Part shown: piece after piece, positions 11,521 to 23,460 of the stretch | Numbering within the stretch: the first letter of the stretch is position 1 | Layout of the letters: every line of letters begins with the position of its first letter | From: Hydrolagus affinis | Lineage: Eukaryota | Direction of reading: 5' to 3' | Assembly (NCBI GenBank): GCA_012026655.1 | Contig: JAAILG010000141.1 | Coordinates: 62,001-126,000, forward strand | DNA length: 64,000 nucleotides | Program-made: the position numbers and the translations under genes | The notes under the pieces: generated by a model | Told to the model about the DNA's origin: nothing | Seen by the model: only the letters and a program-made list of their open reading frames with translations | Database searches by the model: none

Positions 11521-14500
11521 TATTCCTCAATTCATTTAGGGAAAAATCCAAAGATTGGACACTCTTGTCATCAGGGCATTCAAAATCAATGTTGGGACAT
11601 ACATTGGCTGGTGATGGGCAATGGTGCTTCTGCATCAAGCTCTAATTTGCTGCATACTTTTTATATCATCTGTCTCTGATTAATTTTATGTTTGAATGAA
11701 AATGTCCATCATTTTAGCCTTTCTACTGTTTCCATTTCATCTTGCTTGCCTTGCTGTAGGGTCCAACTGAAGTAATTGCATGGTACTATTAGATAGACGG
11801 TACCTAGAGACGTACGGAGTAATGTTTCCCAATGCAGAATATGTTGAGATTATTCTAACACTTTCACTTGTGAGTGCTGAATTCCCTTTATTGCTTGCAA
11901 GCACACACAAAACATCTTCCAAAGTATCTGTTTATACCAGTGAGTGCTGAGTATTGTGTAGAAGTCCAAAATGATAAAATATTTATTTTGGGGTGAAAAC
12001 ATATTGTGTAATAGTTGCAATTTAAAGTTAACTGATTTTTTTTTTACAGCCCAGCAATTTTTTAAGTTACTGATACATACGCTAAAATGTTGTTTTACTG
12101 GATCAGTTTAAATTCTGGAAATTGTGCTCCTTGACTGATAATAGGAAATATAAATAATGGTTTTATTGTAAGCTGTTTTCAAAATGGTCATCTCTGTTCC
12201 CTTGATAAATGATGAGGAAAAAAACCTTTTCAGAAAGATTACAACTGAGCCATCAAATTCTCATCTCAATAAATAAAGCAATATAGGAAGTACTAACATA
12301 GTAAATATTCAGGGCTTTTTTTTCCCCTCACGCAGACTGTAGACCATATGGACAGAACATGTTCAACCACAAAATTACTTTTTGGTTGCTATAATATACA
12401 AGTGTTACACTTTGTATATTACAATTCAGAAAATTCCATAAATAATCTATATTCCCTTACAGTGGTTTGTACATTATGAAGCAGTGACATTGAATTTTGA
12501 ATGCAACTTCCCTCAGGTGGTAGTTTTGCATTATGTCTGTGGTAAAGATGATCTTTATCCCACAGCAGTTACACTGTAATGTTACAACACTCTCCTAACA
12601 TTAGTTAACGGGGCTGCAGACATAATCTTTTTTATATTTAGCTTTGAACAAGACGTCTGCAAGATGGAGTAAACCTATACAGTAGTTCGGTTTACGTTGG
12701 CCCCACCGCTATCCTCTTACAATCGTGCCATTGGTAATGTTTTTTATTTGTTAATTCCTTGCAAATAGAGCGTTTCTAAAAATGCGCGAACTTTGATTTT
12801 TGATCAAGGAACAAAAAAGATGAACTGTATCGGCACTGAAATGAGAGCTTTCTCATGAAAACGTAAGGCATAAGTTGATTGCAAAAAAAAGTGCACAGTA
12901 CATTAAAGGAGAAAAAAGCCCCTTTTGTTCTGACTTATCTTGTACACATTGAAATGCGTAACCGCTGCACTCCAGACGCACCAGTGCTTAAGTCATAAAG
13001 TATTAAACAGGTTTACCAGAATCATTAAAGACACCCAGACAGAACGTATGAGTTGTGGTTCATTCACTGGGTTAATTTCCTTTTAATAACAAAGAGTTTC
13101 AAAGTGCTGCATTTCTCAAGAATGCTCTATTAATAAAAGCTCTTACCCTGTGAAAAATAACTTTTCCATAATGAAAAGGATGAAACAATAGCTTCTTTAT
13201 TAAAGTATGGCCCCAAATCTAATGGCTTCACAATATTTGTAAAATATTTAATCTTGATTTTTTCGTCATGTTATTGCCTCTGGTCCCAGTGCTCAGTATG
13301 TGCTGAGAGATTCTGCCCAGGGTATTGGAACCTTAGTGGTATGTGTAAATCTGGAGTATGAAACCACAATCTGCTTTGTCAGCTTCCTTTAGTAAAATCT
13401 ATTGCATGTTGCAGATACATCCTGCTTTTGCCTTTGTAGCAGGTTTTAGACCACAATAACCATCATCAGTTAAAGCAGCCAGATCCATTACATTTCCTCT
13501 ATTTCTACAGATCCACATTAGGCTAATATTATCTATTCCCAAAGTGAAAAACCTTCCAGCTGCTATCAATTATTAATACCTTGCTTGCAGCTAATGTTTT
13601 GTTTGAATTATTTAAATGTATCTTCATTTATCAATAAACATAAAATGTTAAACAAAGAATACTAATGAAGGACATAAATTAGATCATAAAATTTACGATA
13701 TTATTTACTGTGCATAGTCTGATTTATTATTGCCATATTTCAGGTAATTAGATTGTTATGCTACTAACGTTTGTTGTGAATTGAGATCATTATGTAGTTT
13801 TTCATCAGTGTTTTCCGTGTAAAACCCTGCACATAGGTGCAAAAAATAAATCCCTTTTTGGCTTCATTTGAAGTGAATAATAAATAATATATAAAAATCA
13901 GCATATCTGAACCCTGGCTCCATAGGAGCTGCATGGAGTAACAGGAGCATTGCCACCTGACTGAGAGACTCAAGTTCAAATCTTTGCCTGGACTGACCCC
14001 TACACTTGAACTACCACAAGAGGATAAGCTAAACTAATCTTGACCACATTATCAGAAGGAGGGAGGCAAAAACAAAGTAGCACTATCAGGATCCATACAG
14101 AATGGACGCTTAAACATCCTTTTATCCCAGGAGAGAACAGCATGAATGAGAGTGTCCTTTTGAGGGCGGTGGATGAAAGTAGAGAGGGGTAAATTTACCT
14201 ATATGCGTATCTAATTCCGTGTTAGCCGGCTCATAACCTAATATACATAATATCAATTTGAATTCTATTAAAGGCACATTATTGCGACAAGAAATGTTTT
14301 ATTTCACTTGCATTGAATTAAATTACATTCAGCTTGTAATCAACAGCTCCTCTGAATTGCCATGAAATCTTCTAAAGGGTGATATCTGAACACTCATTGT
14401 CGCCTTTCAGTTGTCGCTCGTTCCTGTGTTTTATGTTGTAAAACTGCTGGGGCGAAGCAGCTTGAAGGAAGATGTTTTGTGTAGAATCCTTTTTTTCAGT

Positions 14501-16372
14501 AACAATGTGAAGTTCCGCCCCAATGGCTTGTTGAATTGGGAGTGCTGTTCACAGGCCCCTTCTCCTCATCGTGCCATCACTAGAGCAGAACTTCATGATG
14601 TAACGGAGGTAACAGCTGTACTTTATTGTCTCCATTGCCAAGTAATAAGTTCTACCATCTCTGCACTATAATAGAAATGTTGCTGTTAACTTTTCTGCAA
14701 TTGTTTCATTACCGAACATCAGTCTTAGACTGGCATTTCTAGAAACGGAAGTCTTCAAGCATGCTACAAAATGAAATTAATATAATGCTTAAGTTACCTA
14801 GGGAAACTATGGCGAACCAGGTTCTTATGCATAATGCTGGGAAAGGAGAATCTTTGAAATACTATGCCATTGCCCAAAGCTTGCAGTTTACCATCTAGAA
14901 CTGATAAATGGACAATTCACTCAAATGTTTTTAACCGAGATGAATTGCCTCATTTAGAACCCATCAGTGGCCCTTGCTTACCTGTGGGGGATGGAAGACT
15001 TAAAGCAGGAGATGTCCTTGTGGGTGCATCTTAGGTTCATTGTCCAGGACATCGTTTCACAAAACAACTGCATATTATTTTTCCATTAGCCAATCACAAT
15101 AGTCCAGTCAGATCTGCAAGGTGACAGCTGCTCTACTGTGTCCTGAACCTCCAGCTGAATAGCAACCTTGGCAAGCCTTTCCCCAAGTGTCATTGTTGTC
15201 GTTAATGTGTTTTTCCTTTCAGCCCAGTACTTCTGTGGATAGTAGGAAACTGTAAACTTAGCTTAACCCCCCCACAAGTATCAGGATAAACACAGGTCAT
15301 TATAAGGTTTGCCAGTAGTGTTGAATTTTTTTAGAGGGGAAAAAAAATGTTTTCCTAACCGAGTCAGCAATATAGTTGTTCAGAGATTTCGTAATTTATG
15401 AGAAAAAGTCTTCTGCTGTAGCAGGCTAAGTAACATTTGAATAAATACAATGCAGTTAATTAATGTTATGTATTTTGATTCCTTCCAGCTAGACCCGAAC
15501 CATCTCTAATGATTAATATTATTTGCAATTTGTACTTTGTTTTGTCAGCAAGGCACAACCATTTTCTCTGTGCACGGCAGGCTGCCGGCACTTAGCAGTG
15601 CCCACGGTCAACTTGGCAAACTATCACTTATCAGCATATTCAACATGGGGAACCATCCTCACTCAACAAAGCTAGAGCACACTTCTTATGCTCAAATTTG
15701 CCACATTTTGAAGACTGATGATTTAATATTGGAACAAATATGAATTGAGGTGAAGAAGCAGTCCTTCCAACCCTGTCCCATTTGATTGATCCATTTGAGC
15801 TTCAAGAGAAACACTTTGAAGCAGAGTTATTGCCATGAGTTCATGGAGCACATGGTCAAGAATGTTGGGTGAGCCCATAATATTTATATATGAAGAGCTG
15901 AACCAATGTTAAAAAAAGAGAGGAAAAATCTAAAAATATATGATGGCTTTAATTGGTAGAATCTGGCAAAGGCACAAGGAGCTATATGGTCTCCATGTGT
16001 AATAAGGTACTAGGTGAGCTAACTCTTCCCCACAGACAATGAGACATTGAATCTTCCAATGCTTTTTTTTTCAATGGATTGATCCATTCATTCTCTGGTT
16101 AGGAACTCAGTAAGGGCCTTGCTGAGGAAAGCGTTTTTTTTTTGCTGTTTTATCAGTGATTAAAATGAACTCTGAGCAAAGTTTGAAAAAAAATCTAGCA
16201 CAGTTAATAGAGGTTAGTGCTAGTTACATTTGAGTGTGATTTTTAATGAAGTGGAATGAAGGAAAATAACATTATGAATGAGCTGATTATCGACCTATTT
16301 CAGAGCTCAATTCAATTCACTATAATTGTATTTTTGCTGGGGTGTTTCAGCTTATTCAAGATTACAAATCAA

Positions 16373-16440
16373 AACAACAGCAATTTTACACTTATATAGT
16401 CCCTTTCACATCAAGTGTATGTTTCAAAGTGCTTGACAGA
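16373..16440 (-). repeat. (GTT)n-type SINE/LINE tail fragment
   Basis: aacaacagcaattttacacttatatagtccctttcaca...tttcaaagtgcttgacag. Confidence 0.55.
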
Positions 16441-17089
16441 ACCAAAAATCACTTTACTATCATCCAATAGATTTTCAACTTGTTCCTTGATATAGAAAAT
16501 TATTTCAACCAATTCAAGTGAAGCTATCCAATGAATCCCTTCCAGGGGTTTACATTGGCCCATCTTCCTCTAAGTGGATATCCATCTTGTACCATGACCA
16601 CTTGTTACTAATGGATGTGTGTCATGACCCTTCGTTATTCACTAAGGGTTGCAGCAAGGATTCCGTCTGTCACGATTGCTCTTTCTCTGTACCTACAAAC
16701 TCCAGTGGAGGCCACTAAATGTCACTAGACATCCAGTAAAGAATAGTTGGTCAGGTTGCACATCAGTTTATGTTGTACCTTAGTGATACTTACAATTCTC
16801 CTTTTCACTATGATGTACGTTTTACAGTGTGTTGGGATGGTTGGAGCTCATGCTTTCTCATCCAAATAATACTATTTCATACCTCAGGGTATAAATTATT
16901 TGGGGCTATTCCTTTGACTATAATCTTCATGGATAAAATACCCAATAGTGCAGAACATATCACCAGGGTATTTATTTACCATTCGCTTATTGTTTCTCTT
17001 CCCTTACATTCTGGAATTACACCAAGTGCATCACTGTCTGTATATTGTCATGTAGATGCTGCTCGTGTTCCATGCACTTGGAGGGATAG

Positions 17090-17130
17090 AGCCGCATGAA
17101 AGGTGCTATATAAATGAAAGTTGTTGTTGT
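17090..17130 (+). repeat. (GTT)n-type SINE/LINE tail fragment
   Basis: catgaaaggtgctatataaatgaaagttgttgttgt. Confidence 0.6.
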
Positions 17131-17148
17131 CATGGTTAGGACTAAGGA

Positions 17149-17177
17149 GGGGTGGGGGTGGGGGGTGGGGGTGGGGG
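17149..17177 (+). repeat. (GGGGGT)n low-complexity tract, G-quadruplex-capable
   Basis: Five G runs of 4-6 nt separated by single T. Confidence 0.85.
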
Positions 17178-17545
17178 CAATGCTTGGAATGTGCAGTTAT
17201 TAGGGTATTTACCCTCACTGACTTTAAGATGTTAAAAGATGAATTTTGTTATTCACATTCATTCAAAGTACCTATTCAAACCTCATGTGCTTTAACTTTA
17301 AATAGATAGGCAGAAGGATAGTTAGCCTTAAATCAACCATACAAATTATAACCATGGTTTCAAATCCATATTTAACCCTAAATTAATGTTGGGTCACTTT
17401 CCAGTCATACTATACTGAGTGTCATAACAGGTTGCTATCTGATGGCTTTGCTACTAAAGTAGCAGTTTGCTACTTTTGAATGTCACTTTGTTAAACACTA
17501 GCTGTATAATTACGAACACACAACTGGTTAGAAATTACTTATTGG

Positions 17546-17763
17546 ATATCTATATCCATTCTAATAACTTTGACATTAGTCTGTTGAAAACCTATATATC
17601 AAGATGATTAGAATTTACAGTGCTTTATATGTATGCTAAATCATGCTGAATTTTGCAATATCTATATCCATTCCAATAACTTTGGGATTAACTTGTTCAA
17701 AACCTATATATCAACATGATTATAATTTACAGTGCTTTATATGTATCCTAAATCATGCTGAAT
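17546..17763. repeat. Two-copy tandem duplication, unit about 112 bp
   Basis: atatctatatccatt...aaatcatgctgaat starts at 17546 and again at 17658, with scattered substitutions. Confidence 0.95.
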
Positions 17764-20700
17764 GTAGTGCTTTTAGATCATTCAAATTGTGTTTGGTTAC
17801 CATGGGCCCTTTTTACAGCATATGTTCTTGTCTATTGCATCTTAAAAGCTACAAAGCATTTCCGATATTTTCAGTAATAAAACATTGACAAAAAAGCCAA
17901 GATGAACTTTATATTATCAAGAAACCAAACTTCTCTGTATCTAGTGGAGCAAATGTAGCCCTTTGTTTCATCCCAATTCAGTGTAACATACAGAGACAGT
18001 CCATTTCCAAAACACAGAGGACTAGATCAGTCTTTCAGAAACTTGCCCCCATATTGTACACAGAAATCACTGCTGAGTTAATAGCTGCTCCTTGCACTTT
18101 TACAGTAGAATCCAAAGTGTTTTCACCACAATGTTGATTGAAAGATGTATCTTTGACACATTGATCAAGCCTTCTTTCTGTTTCGCTCTCTACCCTTGGT
18201 AAGATATAAATGTGCCATGAATGGATAGTTCTAACCATCTTCTGTGCATAACAATTGCAAAAAGGGTACTGAATCATCCATGTCAGAGATGACTGGTAGA
18301 CATGTTTTGGTCAGCCAGATGTAGAAAGCCATCAACCTGCACAAGAGTATCTAGCCCAACCTAGATAGTTCCATATGTGTATGCCACATACACTTGCAAA
18401 TTTTACAGCATGCACACTCTCCCAGAGGGGTGTGCCCTACTAGCCTAAATTCAGAAAGTTTTAGACGCTGGTTGGTTGGTAACAATCAGCCAGATGTTGG
18501 ATGTTGTCCATGATAAGGCTGCAGGACCCAAGCATTTGAGTTCTCAATCCAGGTTTCACAATTCTTAGATTGAGAAAGCATTGAACACACAGCATTCAGC
18601 ACATTCTGCTGAAGATCGAAATATGACCAGTGACTTGTGGAGCCATCTAGATGGGCTGTTCTCTGCCATTTCTGCTTCTAAAAATAGTTTAATGGCCAAG
18701 ATATTCAATTTATTGGGACCTAGATTTTCTACTTATAAGGATCTTGGCCTTGATTAGTTATGACTATTAAGTGAAGATGTTCATTTCAGAACTTTAAATG
18801 GCTAGACTGGTTTTTGAGAACTGCTCCGTGCTAATTTTATAAAGCATTGAAGGGAAGGTTTCAGATTGAATGGCTTCATCCCTCTTCATCCTATTCTGTA
18901 ACTACTTGACCCAGTAATGATTGCAGAGGTAGTACCAGTCAGTTTTTATTATTAAAATCTTTAATTTTAGAATCGGTCTTGACGGATTAAGTCTTTGGTA
19001 CTTAAGGGACAAATGGGAGCGGGCAGAAAGCAGGAAAAAAAAATCTTTGCACTAATTCCTACCGAGAAGGGAAAAAGTGGCAGGCAAACTCTTGACACTG
19101 AAGCAAAGCTACATTACATAGCCAGAAAATGAGTAGATTTATCCTTCTCTCAACTAAGTCAGGAAAGCAATAACAGTTTAAAAATAGTATTTTTTAAACT
19201 GTTACCGTATTGATGCAAATGTTTGTTACATGGACAGTGGATACATTTCAGTGAGTAGCATGATAAATTTGGACTTGTACAAATACTCTTAATGGGTTCA
19301 CAGGGATTCATATTTATCTTTTGGCCTTGGGTTGAATGGGATTGGGATCAGATCAAACCAAACTAGAAATCTGAACTGAAGCCAATTTTGTGCATCCCTA
19401 CAGCAGGAATCTCCTTTAATGACATTTGCTTTGTGGAATGGCGATCTTCAATCCGTTTCTCAGCTGTTCCTCCCCTCACCCCGACCCCACCACGTACAGA
19501 TTGCTCAGTGTCTCTGCCATGCTTCCCGTCTTTTATGTAAGGCACTCATCAAGCATTGTTTATTGCTGCAGCCTGGTGGGCAACTGTACACACCTGGTGG
19601 CCAAATGTTCAGCACACATCAAGCTGAGGCAGTGTGGATCACATGGGAATCGCACTCTGGATAGTATCAGGAGGGCTGGTTTCATTCTTACCCACACAGT
19701 GGATGCAAATTGCCTTGGACTGACTCCTCCATGGTCCATTTAAAAGCTCTGCAGCCTTAAGTGAAATAGAATTGATTCAGCTGTCAGTTTCTCACACCCA
19801 AAAATAATGTGTGATTTTTTTTTAAATGAACTCCTCCCTTCAGTGTATATGGAAGCTGATGCTTCTATATAAAAATAACTTCAGTAATCTAACACACAAT
19901 ACAAGCTATTTTAGAATATTTCACACAGGTAAGGACTGGGAACGTTTCCTGACTTGGGTTTAAATGAGCTGCAAGTGGCCTGGTTTCGTGCTTCCAGAAA
20001 TAAGATCTGATGATTTATTCCTTTTCATACAGCGCCACCAGCCTACAATCAATGTCTCTGTTTTCAGCAGCTCTTTGAACTATCAAAGTTCAGCTACACA
20101 ATACAAATGAGTGCCCTGAATATCCTCTCCTCTTCAGGAGTAGCTTGACTCTAAATGTAACGTGATGCATTTCCCGAAAATAAAATTCCTGTGATTTTTT
20201 TTACAACTGGGAAAGTTATCTACTGCTAAAAAGGATCTAATGCATTTTCACCTCCAATGACAAATTATTATTTTATGCATGTTCCAATGGTTGATCAGAA
20301 ATATTGTATGTAAAAATTATTGATCTGATATTAACAGTTGAATAGGTAACATATTCCACTAAATTAGATTTATACTTCAACAAGGCATGGAATTTCATGT
20401 GGTTTACAATATGAACAGCCATAAAGTAGAGAAATAAGACTATGGGGTCCCATTTGTGGATTACCATAAGGGGATTCCAGACATACTCCCCATTTTTGTT
20501 AAAGAGTTGGGTTTCTTGTTGTGGAATAACACTAAGAGTTACTGCAAATGCAACCTCTAGAAAATGTGCATTTAGATATATAGTTTTCAATCAAAATGAA
20601 TGCAACTGTTCCAGTTCAGGATGAGACAACATTCTTGCTAACATTATTTTTGACTTGGTTTTTGACATAATGGTTTGTGCCTCTTGGTAAGGAAGGCCTG

Positions 20701-20969
20701 ACTTAGTGTAAAATTTGTAATTTATTAAACACTGGATAATGTACAGTACTGACAAATCCGGGTAAATGAACAAGGATTATGTTTTAGATTGAAAGCCAAA
20801 TACCTTTAGCACAATGTAATCATGTACCATGAATCATTTATGGATCTGCCATTTTGTAAATTAAGTTGCTACTTTCCCCATTCCTCATCTCTCTCTCTTT
20901 CTCAGCATCCCCCCCACCGCCCACCACCCGCCCCCACCACCCCTAACTCTCCCACACCTGCCCCACACA

Positions 20970-21069
20970 NNNNNNNNNNNNNNNNNNNNNNNNNNNNNNN
21001 NNNNNNNNNNNNNNNNNNNNNNNNNNNNNNNNNNNNNNNNNNNNNNNNNNNNNNNNNNNNNNNNNNNNN
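20970..21069. other. Assembly gap (100 N, placeholder length)
   Basis: Exactly 100 Ns between a C-rich tract and a truncated SINE. Confidence 0.99.
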
Positions 21070-21237
21070 TTTATTATTGTGGTTTTTTTGGAGGGATTAT
21101 TATTAGGCGTGTGGAGTAAGGAAACTTGCCCAAGGTTTCGCCCTGACCTGCCTGGATTCGAACACAGGTCTCCCCAGCTTGGTCTCCCCAGCTTGCAAGA
21201 CAAGTGCTCTAACCACTAAGCCACAGGAGCTCCACAA
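21070..21237 (-). mobile_element. Same SINE family, 5' half only (3' half lost in the assembly gap)
   Basis: Near-identical to 53465-53619, including the tRNA head and a 14-bp internal tandem duplication; abuts the N run. Confidence 0.9.
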
Positions 21238-21589
21238 TGTAGGATCATGAACTCACTTACTCACTTACATTATGAAACCTGTACAGGAGTCAACACAGTA
21301 AAACTTGATGGGACTCATTTATGCTCAATATTTGCTTTAAAATCACTACAGCAGCATTTTAGTACAGTATATCAAAATACGTGAAAAAAAACTTTTTGAA
21401 ACTCAGCGTCTTTTAAAAAAACCATTGCAAGAATATTTCAGACTGATGTGAATCTTTGCAATCTCTTTGCTAAACTGTCCAGGGAAAGAAACTGTTAATA
21501 TATCTCTTGCATTCTGATTGACGAACGGAACTGGTTCAATGTATTTACAAATATGCAGCATGCAGGCTCCTAACCATATTATAATGGCA

Positions 21590-22330
21590 TCATTCACAAA
21601 ATAATCAGTGTAATCAATTTAACAATGTTCAAAGCATCACAGCACATTTTAGTTCCCTCCCTATTGATTTATGGGTTGTTGCGTTGTCAAAACTCTACCC
21701 ACACATCCAAGACAGCAATCTGAAATAAGTTTTGTCCTTTTGAGTGCCAGTACTTTCTATTCTTAAATGCCCCAAACTCTTCTGTCGATATTATTGATAT
21801 TATCCGCAGGCATTTTGAGCAATCCTTCTGTCAGAGCCGCTAATGATGGTGAACAGGGTGATTGCATTGGCCTGATGCTGGGTGGATAGAAATGAGTGGA
21901 AGAATCATTGATAATGTGTCAGGCTCTTCAGAGGTTTGATTAGCTCTCTGACTAATGCCATGCTAAGCAGAAACATTACTCTACCCTGAGAGAAGAAAAA
22001 TATTCTTCAGGGAAATTAACTGATACCAATGAAACAGTGTACCAAGGAAATTCTTGGATAAATTAACAACGCAATTACATTACATGACACATTGTGAGAT
22101 GGATGAGAAAAACTTTGCTGGTATTATGTTCTATTTTCAAATTGCAATTTATTTGAGGGCTTTAATGGACGTCTTATTAAAACATCACCACACTGGTCAG
22201 GTTTCATCATGTGTCAATAAGTGTGTGATTAATGACACTGTCTGTGCCATTCTCTGCAGCTTGCAGTAAATTTAAACAGAAAGCAGTAAAAGCAAAACAT
22301 GCGCTTGAGAAAAAGGGATTGACACAGAGA
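21590..22330. promoter_or_regulatory. Candidate developmental enhancer / CNE block
   Basis: Apparently repeat-free; Pbx-Hox motifs TGATTTATGG (21665) and TGATTAATGA (22226), each with a nearby TGTCA. Confidence 0.4.
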
Positions 22331-23159
22331 GAGAGAGAGGTAGAGAGCTTGGTTTCTAAACAAAACAATTATAAATGAAAGCTAACATTCATAGCAATAA
22401 TATATTATTGAAAATGTAGTAAATGGTTATATCAGATATTTGCCAATGCTCAGATCTCTTCCTTTTAATAAACTCAACATTATTTGTGCATTAAGCTAAA
22501 ATTATTTTGACAGCCTTTCTAAAGATTAAATGCTTATAGCTAAAAGCACATCTTATGTGTAAATGTATTGGAGGGTAACTTGCGATCCCGACTCAATTAA
22601 TAAGTAAGTGAGAGAACCAGTGGGTTGACAATACATGTGAGTGAGGAACACCCAATAAAATGATAAAGGTCTTCCCTGCAAGTTGATTAAGCTGGGGAGT
22701 CCAGTGCTCTCTGCTGTGTGTGCTGTTTGTTTAAAATAAAACCACACGATTTTTGTTTTTAATGAGGATCATTAAAAGTGTAGCACTCTGTTTAATAGCG
22801 CACATTGTGACCTGCCTTTCACCCCTCTCCAGATGTGACTGGGGTGACTGGGCATTATCTTGGAGATCCTTTATCAGGGACATATTAAATTTCCAGGAAC
22901 GTTTGTTTTCAAATACCGCTTCATTCATGAGTGAAAACTAGTTGCAATAGCAAGGTTGTCAGATCATGAGATCAATTTTATATCATACTGAAGTATCATA
23001 CCATCATTTATCAAGTAGTTGGGTTATCATATAATTTAGGCCTTTTTTTTCTGCTAGTTTCTGATCAAATCAACTCCTTACATAATCTACAGTTCCACGT
23101 CAATATTACTTTACTATGGTAGTTTCTTTTTGCATTTCTGAGTGTATAGTATCTATGGC

Positions 23160-23460
23160 AAGATGCGGGAAGCTTGCTAGATAGCACGCTCAATAGCAAG
23201 CTGTGCTGTTTTAGCTGGTTAAACTAGCAGTATGCGAGCAGACACTCTGGAAACCCATGCCTTGACTCTTGCCAAACTGCCCAAATACTCTCAGAATTTA
23301 GGTAAATGGCAGGGTGTATCCCTCCAGGGAGAGAATGCACATTCTATTCCAGACAAGGAAAAATTTGTGCAATCCACATTTGGAACTCTATCTGCTTTGG
23401 GACGTCCTCATGACGTGAAAGGCGCTATACAAGTGTAATTTTGTTGTTGTAGTTGTTGTT
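23160..23460 (+). mobile_element. Unclassified old interspersed repeat, copy B
   Basis: cttgactcttgccaaa; cctccagggagagaatgcacattctattcca; tail gctttgggacg...gtgaaaggcgctatacaagtgtaa(ttg)n. Confidence 0.75.

Noticed and set aside
20822-21203. ORFs spanning the N run
   Set aside because: Artefacts of translating the assembly gap.
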